From Antedon mediterranea (lineage: Eukaryota > Animalia > Echinodermata): DNA of 64,000 nt. The DNA lies in NCBI RefSeq assembly GCF_964355755.1, contig NC_092674.1, positions 2,480,001 to 2,544,000 of the forward strand. Reading direction: 5' to 3'. A program made the position numbers and the translations under genes. The notes under the pieces were generated by a model. It saw only the letters and a list, made by a program, of their open reading frames with translations. It ran no database searches and was not told the DNA's origin. Shown here one piece after another: positions 49,346 to 63,647 of the stretch; the stretch's first letter is position 1, and the number at the start of each line of letters is the position of its first letter.

Positions 49346-50289
49346 GGCTAGTAGTGGAGTCTGAAATCTATAAAATACAGAATTTTTCACCAGTACTCAT
49401 GATAGAAAGATGTTCTCTATACTATATTTCTAGTGGCAGAATCGTCCAATCAAATGGCCAGACATAACTTTATTCAAATTTGACTTTTCTCATTGATAGC
49501 AACAACTGCAACTGTTCCTGAAAATTGGCACTTAAAACAAGCTGTGCTCTATTGTTGTCATCAGATGATTCCTTTTATCCAGGCAATGAGTTCACCAGAG
49601 GTTACCAGTAGTTAAGCACAGAGGTCTCTCCAGACAAGTTAGATGATTCTCCAGTCGCTAGACTGGTTGAGGATAAATTTACCATGTTTTTTGGAAGAAT
49701 TTTTTAAAACTTGCCATAGATGCCAAGAAAATATTTGTTTGTGAATTACAAAATAATGTGTAAATTATAAAGACAGTTCTATTAAAACTGCCCGTTGCTG
49801 TTGTTATTAAGCTCTGTCTACACTATCAAACTTTATGTGCCCATATATGGACACGATGTCATATCACTACCATATTTGGGAATATCACTACCATATTTGG
49901 ACACATCACACTTTTTTTGTCAAACTAGTTTGATAGTGTAGACCAGACAGAGCTCTAGGCTTCCTGTTGATCCGGGAAGTACAGTAGTGAAATATTTAGA
50001 TATTTCAAAAGTAGTTTGATAGTAATTAATGTTGTATTAAAGGTGGGTGGATCATGCTAACCTGTGTTCAGTCCTTGCTTTACTTTCTTAAGCTCTGTTT
50101 ACACTATCAAACTAGTGTGCCCAAATATGGTAGTGATATGCCCAAATATGGTAGTGATATGTCCATATATGGGCGCATCACATTTTTTTGTCACATAAAG
50201 TTTGATAGTGTAGACAGAGCTTTATTCCAAACCAATCATTTACATACATTTCTTATGATAATCCAAAGCTTCAACTTGCCCTTACTTAA

Positions 50290-50571
50290 AGATGTTTTGT
50301 CCCCCAAAAACATAAATAAAGATTAATTAAATCAGACTTTGATTAGCTTATTTTGTAGTTTTAATAAAGTTAACTTTAATAGAAAAAAAAATTTTTCACT
50401 TATAAAATAACATAATAAATAGTTAAATTCAACCAAAAACCCAATGGCTGATTACAGTTTTTTCAGGTAAATATTTAGTTTAGATCCAATTTTTGGTCAA
50501 AGTGTATAACTATTATGTAACATTAAAATGGCATAATTAAAAAAAATATTTTTCAGGGGGACAATACATCT
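50290..50571. mobile_element. Kolobok-like MITE; inverted related fragment at ~57785-57960
   Basis: ttaa-agatgttttgtccccc...gggggacaatacatct-tcaa: AG...CT termini with TTAA-like flanks. Confidence 0.55.
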
Positions 50572-53500
50572 TCAATATTCTCAGATTTCACAGAAAGATA
50601 CAGATTTAATTAAAACAATCTATAAACATAGTAGCATACATAATTTCAATCCACTATATATGGAAATTCCATTCATATATACAGTATTTTCAATTTATAA
50701 ACTTCATATGATACCAATGTTCAGAATCCAGATACTTATTAACATAAACATCTGTATGTTTTGACCTTTGACCTTTGAAGGTGCTATTCCAAAAGGGATG
50801 ATTTTTCATGGATATTTTACATTTTAAGATATTGTTTATTAATTAGTAGTTAGCTATTAGACCAGGTTATTGAGAAGCCATGCTTGCCTATATCATTTAT
50901 AACATTTTTTTTTAGTACTTGGGACTGCTGTTGTGTTGTTTACATTTTGTTTTATATTTAATGTATCGTTATAAATTAGATGTTGTTGACCAGAAATATG
51001 TATATTCAGATATAGCCCTGGCGTGAGCTGGTCTCAGCAGTTATGTAATTAAAATATTTGTACCAATTTAAAATTTTGCACATACTTGTTTTAATTTATA
51101 CTGATTCTGCAAATGTTGTATTCATGTGCTCTGTGTTTTGTTCATCATAATGTTTATATATAATGTGTGTTAATATATTATTAATATTTGGTTTTAAAAG
51201 CCTGTAATAGAAAGACATACTGGATTTTTAACGTTAATGCACTTTTAATACACTGTATTGTTACTGTACATTTAATATGCTACACAGTTTCAACTTGGCA
51301 TGTGTTAAATTTTTCATTTATTTATTTGACACAAAAATGGTTAAGGTTTTTGCGTCGGCAACAAAGTGACATAACATGTTAGCGTCCGCAACCCCCACAA
51401 TAAAAAACATATTTACTTACCAATACAGTATAGATACAGTATTTATACTGTGTAAGCTGTACTATATACTGGTTGTGTACTGTATACTGATAATTGCTCG
51501 AATCTGTGTATATATTAAGTACAGTACCATGAAGCTATAACACAGCTCCATGACAATAAAATGCATTTACTGTATCCAAAATGTGAACAGTGCAGTATAT
51601 TAAATGACATGTATTGGTACAAATATAAAATACTCTATAATACTGTATTCTCAAAATATGTATTGTATAAGACTTTTTAAGTGTGTGTAAAATAGCATAC
51701 CTTGTGACATAGTTCATATATCATTTTGACTAATTGTACTCAGAAACTATTGTACATCACAATCAATGAAATCAGTTATAATCATTCATATAATCAGTGA
51801 TACAGCTTGTTCGAAATCGTGTGAATCATACATGATTTAAACATTGATTACAAATTGTTTAATTTCCTTCTGTTTGATACCGAAAGTAAATTACAAACAT
51901 TTATCAGAATCTTGTTAAATTATGCCTGTAGTAACGTTGCCACTGTAAGTTCAATCTGTAACTAACTAACATTTTCTTCCATAATAAAACTCAAGCACAA
52001 GTCTGGCTTATGGTTAAAATGACAACAAACGATTAAGAAAATTAGACTAGATGAGAAAGAAAGAAAGAATAATGAACATCAATTTATTAATTTAAGATTT
52101 TGCTTATTTTTATTTTTATCCCATGTATAACATCTGCTCTATTTAGATCCAATCTCTGATTACCACAGTATTTTTGCCCCAGTAATTTGCCTTTAAATTA
52201 ATATGACTATAATAATAGTTTAATAATAATACTGTATATGAAATATGGATATTTAAGTAAACAGTAATGTGAAAAGAAATATCACAACAATTTGAAAATA
52301 TTGTCATGTCATGGCGGGATTAAAACAACCTCCTCTCACTACACTGGGCAACTATCATACCATTTTTAAAGCATGTGTATAAACAATTTTTTATGATTAT
52401 TTATTTATTATTTCAATGCTACTTTATAGAAAAAAAATGAAGAATTAATAGTGAATGGCAATTTCTCATATTATGAATCAAATTCTACATGATTACAATG
52501 ATTTAGATAATAATAATAATAATAAATGTACTTGTGTCTAATTAACAACCCAACAAGACTTAACTTATTAAAACCAATGCTGCTATCCAATGCCAGCCAT
52601 ATTCAGTATAAACAGTTATATTAAGACACCTATAGATATCTTTTAATTTGATGTTTAATTATTATTACACCCATACATTAAAACCCAGCCTATATTGCAT
52701 GCACCCATAAACCTATATAGGTTTATTTTGCTATTTTAAAATATTTTAATGAGTGATAATATAATTTATTTAAAATATAGACAACTGATTCTCAATTACT
52801 TATGTTAATTACGCATGACATAGCTCTGGCATTATTGTCGTGTACTCGTCGTTTGTTGCCATAAATAGTGCCGTACGTGTAGTAAGCTGTTCAGTCTTAA
52901 TGACTAGAGTGATGCTGCTGCAGCTCTGTACCAGGTATTGTGTGCTACTAAAATACACAGAATACAGATATCTAATGGACATAATATGTGCAATGAAACG
53001 CATAAATGAGCACATGTATTAACTAGATCATATTAAAACCAATTATAATTAGCTACTTCACATTCTAACTTATTTAAATTATTAATTTATTAATTTTATT
53101 CAGGAAGCTGAATGTGATTCAAAATAATAAAATGTTATTTTACAACAACAGTGTTAAATATTATAGTGAACATATATCTCTATGATCTGAAAACTCAAAA
53201 CTCTTCCCATAATTTATATAGGTTTTATAGGTAACATAATTGGCAGGTAAATCATTGTACTGTAGTACAATTGAATAATAATAATAATGTGCTGTGTTTT
53301 GTTGTTGTTATCATAAATTTGTTTCAACTGTTAATCAACTCACTGCTGTAATAAGGTAGTGTCAATGCTAACTCTACCACCCCCTCAAAATGTTCTCTGG
53401 TAAAAGGCTCAGTTGTTTACATTACACGACAGAAGTCTTGTAAACTGTCCAAATCCTGGTTTGGAGATGGTTTGAGGAATGTTTTTGGAGGTGTGTGCAG

Positions 53501-53684
53501 TTTGAAACTAAAGATCTATAATTTGATTTAGAGTATAAACCTATAAATGGGGCATTGATGTGTTCTGTCTCCGTACATATTAGATGAGATTTGAACACAT
53601 GCCTTCTAAATTGAATCATTCTGATGCTTGGTAGATTTCATGAACAATAATAATTTAATAATAATAAATATTAAATTTATTATC

Positions 53685-53926
53685 AGTCTATTTCGTGCCT
53701 AGTTTACTGTACCTGGATAAACCAACAATAGCCTTTTCTCCTCGAAGAGCGAGATATAACTAAAAAAGAAATGATGGTGGTGGTTTGTGGGCGGGCATAG
53801 TTCATGGACTATATCATTTGTGGAGAGGTGGATTCAATGTAAACTTATACTTTACGAGTTATATCTTGCTCTTCGAAGAGAAAAAGCTATTGTTGGTTTA
53901 TCCAGGTAAGCTAGCACTCATAGACT
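53685..53926. mobile_element. Foldback element with ~75-bp imperfect inverted arms
   Basis: acctggataaaccaacaatagc...tcgaagagcgagatataact pairs with agttatatcttgctcttcga...gctattgttggtttatccaggt; a single arm recurs at ~36557-36600. Confidence 0.65.
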
Positions 53927-56900
53927 ACCAACACCACTGTTGGTTTGTGTAATTCTGCCCCTGTGCCCTAAACTGTGTAACGCTCAAATGATTAATAAAC
54001 ATTATTAATATATTATTAACGTCATCATATCTTGAAATCAATGATGTATCAAAAATCAAATCACGTACTGATTTTAAATCATACATTAGTAAATTAATTT
54101 TAATATTTATTTTTAAAAAGAGGCTTTCACTAGACCATACCTAAAGTGCAATAGTTGATTCAATGGTCAATTCTAACAACTTGGTTTTCTTAATTTTTAT
54201 TTTTTAAAAAGCGTATTAATATCCTCAAAACAAAATCGTTTTCGATATATGTTTTAGTCTTTAACTCTTCTGTTTTAACGCAAGGCATATCAAACATAAT
54301 ATTAAAAAAAATAATATAATATATTTAACAACTTGCAACCCTAAATGTGGCAATCAACAGTACAGTATTAAATTGTGTTTTCTCTATCTATTTATTAGAT
54401 AATGTATCATTACCATAATTATTTTATTAAATAAGTTATTAAATTATTCTTTTAAAGCCAAAACTTTGAGACATTAGCTTTCTAAAAATGGTATGGATTT
54501 GTCCTATGTAGTAGTATTAGAGAAGAGTTAAATTAACACTTCTCTGGTAGTATACATACATTATACTAGAATATGGTGAAATTACAATAAGTGTATGTAA
54601 CTTTTCCCTGATTATACTACCTATTTTAAACTGATATTATACCAGGTTTTTTTTTATCTTCCAATTCATCTAAAATATATAGTAAAATTATTAGTGTTTT
54701 TTATTTTTTTTGCTTAAAATGATATAGGTACATACAGTATTAATAAAGAGTGTTTATAAAATTCCAACATAATGTAAATGTATGATTTATATATGAAATC
54801 ATTTTATAAATATAAAATTCATTAATTTGTTTAATCTTGATAAACAATATTTACATATCAGTGAATGGTATAAAAATGTATAGTTAAAATGTACAAATTA
54901 AAACCAATTGATGTTAAACTTGGAAATGCCCCTTTAATTCACCTTCATAAATTAGTCATACAGTATAATTATAAGAAAAACCAGTCAACACATTAAAGGG
55001 GTATTTACTATATTTCATTATACTGTAGTATATAAATTTGTACATATAGTGATGCATGTCTTAAATGTAATGACTGCCTATAATTTACAATATTATCACA
55101 CAATAGTCGTTTTTTATTAACAAATTTATTAAAGGGACATTATAACAATTTTTGAATATATGTGCTTGTTTCTGATAATATATACAGTATGTACTGAATA
55201 TCCCTTTAAATGCACATGTTTTAATAACCATTTAAAGCCAAAGATGTGTTTAAGGGTTATCTAGGTAACAGTTATCCGGATATTTCAGGTATTGTATATA
55301 TAGCTGGATATTTAAACTGTATTAAGATATAGTTGGATATTGTTAAGCTATATGTATATATTATAATTGTATATCTGATGATTATTAAAATATGTGTCGG
55401 CTTGTTTAAAACAGGTATAATATCTGGATTACCGGTAATATATATTTATAAATACAATATTTTTTTTTTTAATTACATAATTTTGAATATAAAGCAGATT
55501 AATATTATTTAATATATATAAATGGAGGAGTAGTTTTTAGGTTAAATGTGGCGATTCGTTTTTTTTTTGCAATTTAAGTTTTTCCGAATGTGATACACCA
55601 TTGTTATAAAGAGCCCACCCTGGGGTTCTAACTGAAACAATAATTGTCAATAGATCCATTAGACAACATAAAAAAAGAATTGTATAATAATTGATACAAA
55701 AGTTACACGAACAAAATACATGAAAAATAGTCAATACAACATGGCTGCCATTCTTCTTGCATATTTAATTTACATATTTTAATGCAGCTAAAATTTAAAA
55801 ACACGCACACAAACAGATGTTGTTGAGTATGGTACTCTGAATGATACTGCCTATTATGAAGAGTAGTAAATAAGCTGTTTAATTAGTAGACTATTCCATG
55901 ATAACGCATACATCTAGTCACTTGTTAATTCACTCATGTGTTTCTGTTCATTTATGATTGGCAGCACAGACGTGCCACCTCATTGGTCATGTGACCTGCT
56001 TTAATATTAGGGTCAAAGGTCAGATGCTCTAATCAGAGAATATAGTTGAATTGTAGTTATTAGCACTACATGAATTCTAATTTTAAAAATATCAATTAAA
56101 TTATTTTACAAATGTTATGAATGGAAAATGCACAGTATATGGTATCTTAAATTAACATTTTTTTTCCATATTTTTCTACTTCACATATTTTACCATAATT
56201 ATATAGAGTATAAATTACAACAATTTATATTAATTTTCCCATTTTATTGTTGAATTATTAACACTTTTATAATACTTTTACTACAGTACATGATTGTATG
56301 AGAGAGTGGGACACATACAAATTAAGAAATACCATGTTTAAGCAATTAATTAAACATTTCTTTATGTTCTTAAATCATTAAATAAGATTGTTTTTCTCCC
56401 CACCACGATGCATTTTAATAATTTCAATATTTATTCCAATATGTATAGAATTGCCGCTTCTTGCAAGAAAGCTTAAATATTTGTGTATTTCTTCGGAGGG
56501 ACCATAAACAATTAAATGTTCTGCTCACTAAATACAATCTTATAAACTGTGTGTTGAGCTTTTTAAACAGTGGAACGTATGGTACAATAGTTTACAAAAT
56601 AAATATTCACATTCATCGAATAAAACTCAACAAATAAGGTATTTGTAATTATATTATGTAAAAGTTACCAAATATAGGTTAGAATGTGTCATAACTGTAT
56701 ATTCACCGAAAAAAAAAACATAAAAAAAATATTTGTATAAATTATGTTTTTGAAAAAAAAGACCTTAGTGATCTTGAATTTGTATGAGAACCTGTAACAG
56801 TGACTTTGACTTTTAATTTCAACAATGTGGTTGTTTGATAATTAGTTACTCCTCCTCCATCAGTTCGTCTTCCCATATTTACACGTTGATGGGATACGTT

Positions 56901-57379
56901 CATATTGTGTGAATTAAATGTATCTATTCAGTTTGGACTTCATTTTTAATATTGTTACTTTATTTGCGTGTTCTTTTGAGTTCATATTTTTACAATTCTA
57001 CACTTTCGCCGCAAACTATACACCATCAATGGTTAAGATAATGTACCGACTGTTGCATTGTGGTCTGTTGTACGCGGTATGGACATTGGTTGCGCATAGA
57101 TTACAAAACAAAAGAGAATTGATTAAGCGTTGCATACACTTTTTATGCGTTTACTCGATCATCAACAATAAATAAGTTTACTTGTTAAGTGTCTATGTGT
57201 ACAAAGTACGTTATTGTCACAATTTACATCAGCAACAGCCATTCAATGTCAAATGCTCACAATTTACATCATTAAATATTTGGTGTAGTAGGTTACTGGG
57301 ATAGTGCTGGATCCGGAATTCTGAAATAGAAAAAAAAGGGATGGGCTAGACCAAGTTCTAGCCCATAATTAGTAAAGAG

Positions 57380-57575
57380 ATAATAATAAATAAATAATAG
57401 TGCTTATTGCACAATGCTTCTAAGCGCTTCACATTATTACTCCAGTCATTTTTTTTTTGGATCAAACACGTATGGAAATATACTCCCATAATGCAGCTAG
57501 TAATCAGCGCAGTTGTGTTGTGTTTTGATCTAACCGGATACCCATTTATACACCTGGGTGGAGCAAGGCATATGT
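57380..57575 (-). mobile_element. SINE fragment with an L2-type tail
   Basis: acccatttatacacctgggtggag core, aagcgctt tail motif and (taa)n end. Confidence 0.5.
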
Positions 57576-58909
57576 GGCGTTTCATACGTATAATATAATA
57601 CTCGCAATTATTTACAAAAATCGAAACGTTGACTGGTAGAGTAAAATAAAATAGACAATAAATACATACTAGAGGCAAGTCTAGACAAGAGCTTAAGTAA
57701 ACCAAAGATTATAAATGGCAGCTATGCGTAGCAGCGATATACAATCTTTGCTTAAACATAGTAAAACTATCTGCTAACTTAAATTTATATTGTCCCCCTG
57801 AAATATTATTTTTTAAATGTTTTGGTTGAATATGTCATTTTAATGTCACATAATATTTATCGTCTTTGACCACAAATTGAATCGAAAAAAAAAGGTATTT
57901 ACCTGAAAAATCTGTCAAATGGTCAAATTGACTAGAATGTGTTTTTGGTTGAATTAAACCAAGTGAAAACACGGATTAAAAAAAAAAAAATTTGACGGAA
58001 GTAAGTAAAAACCACCGATGCAATTGACTTTGATATGGGTGCTTCTATATTTTAAGAATAGCTGAAGTGCAAACCATATTTATTGGCTAGCCAAAAGAAA
58101 TAACAATGTTATAAATAATATAATAATGTTTATTTGCTGTAAATATTAGATTTAATCTGACCTTTTGTTTTGCTTGTTTGAATTGACTCTGTATTAATAG
58201 AAATCTAAAACCTCATCATATTATTTAGCATATTGTGAATAATAGATCAAACTAGTTCTATGAAATGTAAATTAGTTCAATACAATCTGGTCCATTATCA
58301 TAAATCAGTCTCTCAGTGAATGATATCAACTACTGATAATGGAAGCCAATGCCGGGAAAACCCCCTTCTTTAAAAATACAGGCATAAAAAATATGATTCT
58401 GTAAACTCTGTTTTGTCTCAATTTGTATTGTGGAAAATTCTAAAAAAAGTCCAATAAATTTACAATCTAACCATACAAAATATGATAGTACTGTGTAGGT
58501 AAGTCTAAACATGAAATGTGTAGACTTTAACTTTGTTAAATTCTACATTTAGAATGTTAAACTTATGGCCGTACCTCTTTATTCCACGATTTTCGTTTGG
58601 CTTGTTTTCAATTTTTTAATACTGAATTCATTTATTTTTATTTTAACAGTAATAAATATTCAACTGTGAACTGTGCAGTTAGCTAATTTTTTTGGTTAGA
58701 ATGTTGAAATTTCAGATTGAAGGCACAATTCAGGATCTTATAGATGATTCGATAGAGATCAGGCCATAGAAGAAGAACAGCATAGAAGAGATGTATACTT
58801 AAACAGTAAGTTGCATATTGTTTTAACTTTATTTGAATAATTTGTACGTAAATAGAAATATATTCGATATGAATTATCGACAATAAGGTGAATGGCCTGG
58901 TGGATGTTG

Positions 58910-59370
58910 GAACACTAGGTACTGTGTGAACACACCTTAACACTTCAATGATGTGTTTGTGTGAATGGAATGTTAGGACACTGTAGGTACTGTGTGAACA
59001 CTCCTTAACACTCTAATGATTTGTGTGTGTGTGTGAATGAGATGTTAGGACACTGTAGGTACTCTGTGAACACTCCGTAACACTTGTCACAATGATGTGT
59101 GTGTGAATGGGATGTTGTTGGGCCCACTGTAGTTATGTACTGTGTGAACACTCCTTAACACTACTTTCACAATGATGTGTGTGATGTTAGAACACTGTAG
59201 GTACTGTGTGAACACTCCTTAACACTCTAGTCACAATGACGTGTGTGATGTTAGAACACTGTAGGTACAGTATGAACACTCCTTAACACTACTTTTACAA
59301 TGATGTGTGTGATGTTAGAACACTGTAGGTACTGTGTGAACACTCTAGTCACAATGACGTGTGTGTTGCA
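58910..59370. repeat. ~60-65 bp degenerate tandem repeat
   Basis: About 7 units of aacactgtaggtactgtgtgaacactccttaacact...aatgatgtgtgtgatgttag. Confidence 0.9.
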
Positions 59371-60499
59371 ATCAGCTGATCGCCACAAAGCACTCGCTTA
59401 ACGAGTGATCAAGAGCACAGTTTTTACATGACCTTTGACACACTGACATCACAACATGAGTCATCCAATTGACTGGCATTGAAAAAGATACAATGGCTTT
59501 GATAGACTATGTTAATTATATTTCTTGTAATTTAATATTATTTGGAATTCTATGAAATTATTGTATTTACTAATTAAAGTTTTGTTCTTGAGAAGTGTTT
59601 AATGATTATTGGATGAACACCACAATGTCAATTCAACCATCAATTTAATAATAATATAATTATTTTTGTGAATTTACCTTATTAAAATAATCTAATTACA
59701 ATTATTTATTAATTTATATAAATTGCTATAATAATAATCTTGATACAGTTTGGGTTGGGTGGTGTGGGCGCTGGGTTGCTTGCTCCCCATCCTCTTTTGA
59801 CTGAGAGCTAAAATTAAATTACAAAGTACTTTTTGACATAGCTGTATTACTATTTTTGACAGAATATTAATATTATAAAACCGCTCCTCATTTAAACAAT
59901 CCTGGATCGGCCCCCACACCTGTAGTAGGCCTATTTCAGAAAACATGTTCGATTGTCTGTCTGTCACATATACAGACCATTTTCTCCAATCTCAAAACAC
60001 ATTTTATATAATGGCATTGTTCAATGAAAGAAAGCTACAGACAAGATTTCTTTTGTTTTCTAGGTTGTGTAATCTTCTATCATCAACTATAGAGGGCAGT
60101 GTTGAAATTTAACGTGTTTTTGTAATGCTGTACACGGAACAAAAATCACAGGTAATTTTAAAATATAGTTTTATTTCTTTGTGTGTTTTTTTTTTACGTG
60201 TCAACTAGTTACAGTTGTAAAGAACAAATCATTTGGAGCAGATGTGGATTTAATATCAATAAAAAAAAAAGTCAAATTAGAATTTGTCAAAAACAAAAAT
60301 AAATATAATCTGTAACCCAGTAACTGAAAGCACACGTTCATTTAATAGTATTATATAAATATTAATTCATAGATAACCGTAATATAGATTTATTGTATCT
60401 CAACCAAAACCTGTTAAAAGCACACATCTCATCTCATCTCCCCACCCCCCCCCCCCCCCACAAAAAAAATGTTGGAAATATTGTCTAATATGAAATGAC

Positions 60500-63400
60500 C
60501 TAGAAGAGTGGACAATAGGCTCTAAAAATAAGGAGTTTATCTGACTGGCATGTCAACGAAAGACTTTGATTGGCTGATATGAAAATGACTGAACCACGAT
60601 GTATTTTAAATGGCTGTTCGTACTTGGCATCTGCGTCGCCCTCTATGACAAGTAGTATACTTGCGCTGTCAAAAGCAGTAACAGTATAGTCAACTTTGCC
60701 AACAACCTAAAAAAATACAGCAAAAATGATTATTATAATAACAGTCACTGTTCGATCAATCAATCAATAGTTCAATAGGGAGCTTTCTATTTGCAATGCC
60801 TGCCTAGGACCTAGTTTGGTCATGTTAATTTATTGTGTTAGCATATTGTGTCTTTGGTCATCGGCCTGGAATAAGAATTCATTAACATTGTGTATTCCAC
60901 ATACTAATGTCCTTGCATTTAGTAAATGCAAGGACATTAGTATGTGGAATACACAATTTTAATGAATTCTTATTCCAGGCCGATGACCAAAGACACAATA
61001 TGCTTAGGTCATAGGTCACAGGTAAATTGAATGTTCCCTAATACTGTATCACCATCAATAGAACCAGCAACAGTATATCAAGCATTAATTTATTTATAAT
61101 ATATTTAAATCCACTTTATTATTAATAATACAGCATGTCATATAAAAACCATGATTACTTCATGTGAAACAGTTTTATGGTAAAGTGACCAAAGTAAATC
61201 AAACACCAATAAGGCTTTCTAGAAAAATTGCAGACAAGATGACCAGCTTAATGAGATTATAAATCTCTACCACCAAGGTAACAATAATATTTTAATAACA
61301 CTTATGCAAAATTGGCAATAGCATTAAAAACTAGTTCTGCATGAACGATTATAAATTTACCTCAATTTTATCAACAGCAAAGTCGGGTACAGGGGGTGTA
61401 TACTTAGTTACAAACTCATCTTTAGTATCAATGGTAGATGGAAAAATCTTAGAGGTGGGTGGAGCAGGGTCATAGTTCAACATTTCACAGAGGGTCGGTA
61501 CGTCCTTGAATTTTGGTGTGAGTCCGGCACGAACTACGTTGTCGGAGCACGCCATGCATTCAATGCAGTCTGTGAATGAAGGTGTGCTGCACTGTAATGG
61601 CATCTTAATTGTAATATACAGTTACTCGTTATAAAGAATCTAGTCATTTAAGTTTAGATTCACCACGGAATAAGTAAGTAAAACTGAATACCACAAAACA
61701 CAGACATTATCCTTATTAAATTAAACATAAGGGTTGCATAATTAGTTATGGTAAGCCAAAGAAGAGAACTTACTTCCTAAGAGGTACGCATGTGGCTCGT
61801 TAGGCCCCAAGAACATAGCCTGGCCTGGCTGAAGTAACATCCTATTGAAGAAATACACCCCAAAACAACCACCATCGCCTGGAAACTGACTGTGAAGTCG
61901 CAGAAGTAGACTGTGCTCTAAAGAAACATCGCTGGATTCTAATTTAAAAAAATGGTTTTATTAAGCTCTGTTTACATTATCAAACTAGTTTGTTAAAAAA
62001 GTGTACCCAAAGATGGTAGTGATATGGCCATAAATGGTAGTCATATGACATCATCATGTTCATATATGGGCGCATCACATTTTTCTGTCACATAAAGTTT
62101 GATAGTGTGGACAGAGCTTTACAATTTGACTAGAAAATAATAATGTCAATTCTCACCAACTTTCTTGGAACGTTCAACTAGTGAACTGAGCTGAGATGCA
62201 ATTATCTCAGCGTCTTGCGTCATTAACCCAGTAAAGCAACTCTTGAGGGCGCTTTGACATGTTTTTGAAACGTCACCACCTGCATTGAATGTGTCTATGA
62301 GAGTCTTAGCATTGTCTGCACCTACTACTGCATTTAATTCTGGAATGTCTACAAATATTAAAATAAAATTTTTCAATTGGTTGAAATCTATTTTATTTGT
62401 TCATAAACTAAATAAATGATAAATTGAACAGAGTGGAGTTGGTGGTTATGATGCTTGGCTACCAATCCAAGGGTCCTGGGTTCAAGTTCTGTCATAGTGT
62501 AAGGATTTTTCTAATGACTTATTACAACTCCACTCCCTAAGACTTAATAAGACTTTGTTTGTGTTTACTTATGTACAGCATCTTGTGTATATGTTTGTTT
62601 TGTGAACACCTTTAAGAAGTATAGTGAATGAATTATCCTTGGCAATGTGCCAAATACAAACAATATATAATAAAGCTCTGTCTAAACTTTGTCTACACTA
62701 TCAAACTGGTTTCACAAAAAAGTGTGATGTGCCCAAATATAATAGTGAGATGACATTGTCATGTTCATATTATGTGCACATCACATTGTTTTGTCACATA
62801 AAGTTTGAATGATAGTGTAAACAATGCTTAACTTAAAAATGTTTTACCTTGAAGAAATCTGACAGTTTCATTAATTGGTCGAAAGCCACAAAATCCTTCG
62901 AATGGCGTTAGTGCCAACGCCATCTCTGGCTTATGATTGTCATCTGGATATTTATCAGGACGTTCTTTGAATAATTTCTCGGCATGTTCCTTTGAAAATA
63001 AAAAAAAATGTTTGCTCATTTGAAGGTTGAACTTCTCACAGTAATTTGACTATGTAATGAAGCTGGATCCACCTTGATGATTCTTTATGTACAACAACTG
63101 TATTTGGCAAGATATCAGTCGGATTTATCAAGTTTGCTTGCTTAGCAAAAAAGTCTTTTTTAAGTCAATGACTTTGGTCTTCAAAATGACATAAGCAAAT
63201 ACTGTATTTTCAAGTTTGACCAATCACTTTATTCATTCATATAAAAACAATGATTTGAAACTTGTTTGAAAAAGAGAAGTAACATTTCTAATTGAAAATA
63301 AAATACAAAAAGTATTAAATCTAAGATGATAAAGTGTATTTCTTTAAGATAATAATAACTGGTTTGAAAAAGCTTCAGTTGTTAGCTTAAGTACTTCTTA

Positions 63401-63647
63401 ACTATATTGACTTAAGCAAAAAGATTGATAAATGGTAACCACTTACCTTACTAGGGTGAGTCTGTATTGAGAGAGACTTATTGACAGACAGCACCTTGAA
63501 CAGGAACGGAAGCTTATTGTGAAATTTCTCTTGTACTTTGGTTCCAAGACTTTGAGGATTTTCATTGATCCAGTCCAGCAATGGCTGACCTGCAAGAGGC
63601 CCACTCTTGATTATTGATGGCCCTCTGGGGTGTGTTCCCATCCAGAG
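60500..63647 (-). CDS. MPI: Mannose-6-phosphate isomerase (type I), 5'-partial, 6 exons in window
   Basis: Exons 63647-63447, 62989-62848, 62348-62157, 61938-61774, 61569-61361 and 60706-60500 (TAG), in phase. Motifs [80 protein letters not shown]. Confidence 0.97.
60840..61004. repeat. Near-perfect 165-bp palindrome in the last MPI intron
   Basis: 82-bp arms with one mismatch and a single central base (G60922). Confidence 0.95.

Noticed and set aside
50054-59967. Short ORFs in the NALF-MPI interval
   Set aside because: AT-rich or MITE-derived, with no recognisable domains or coherent splice structure.
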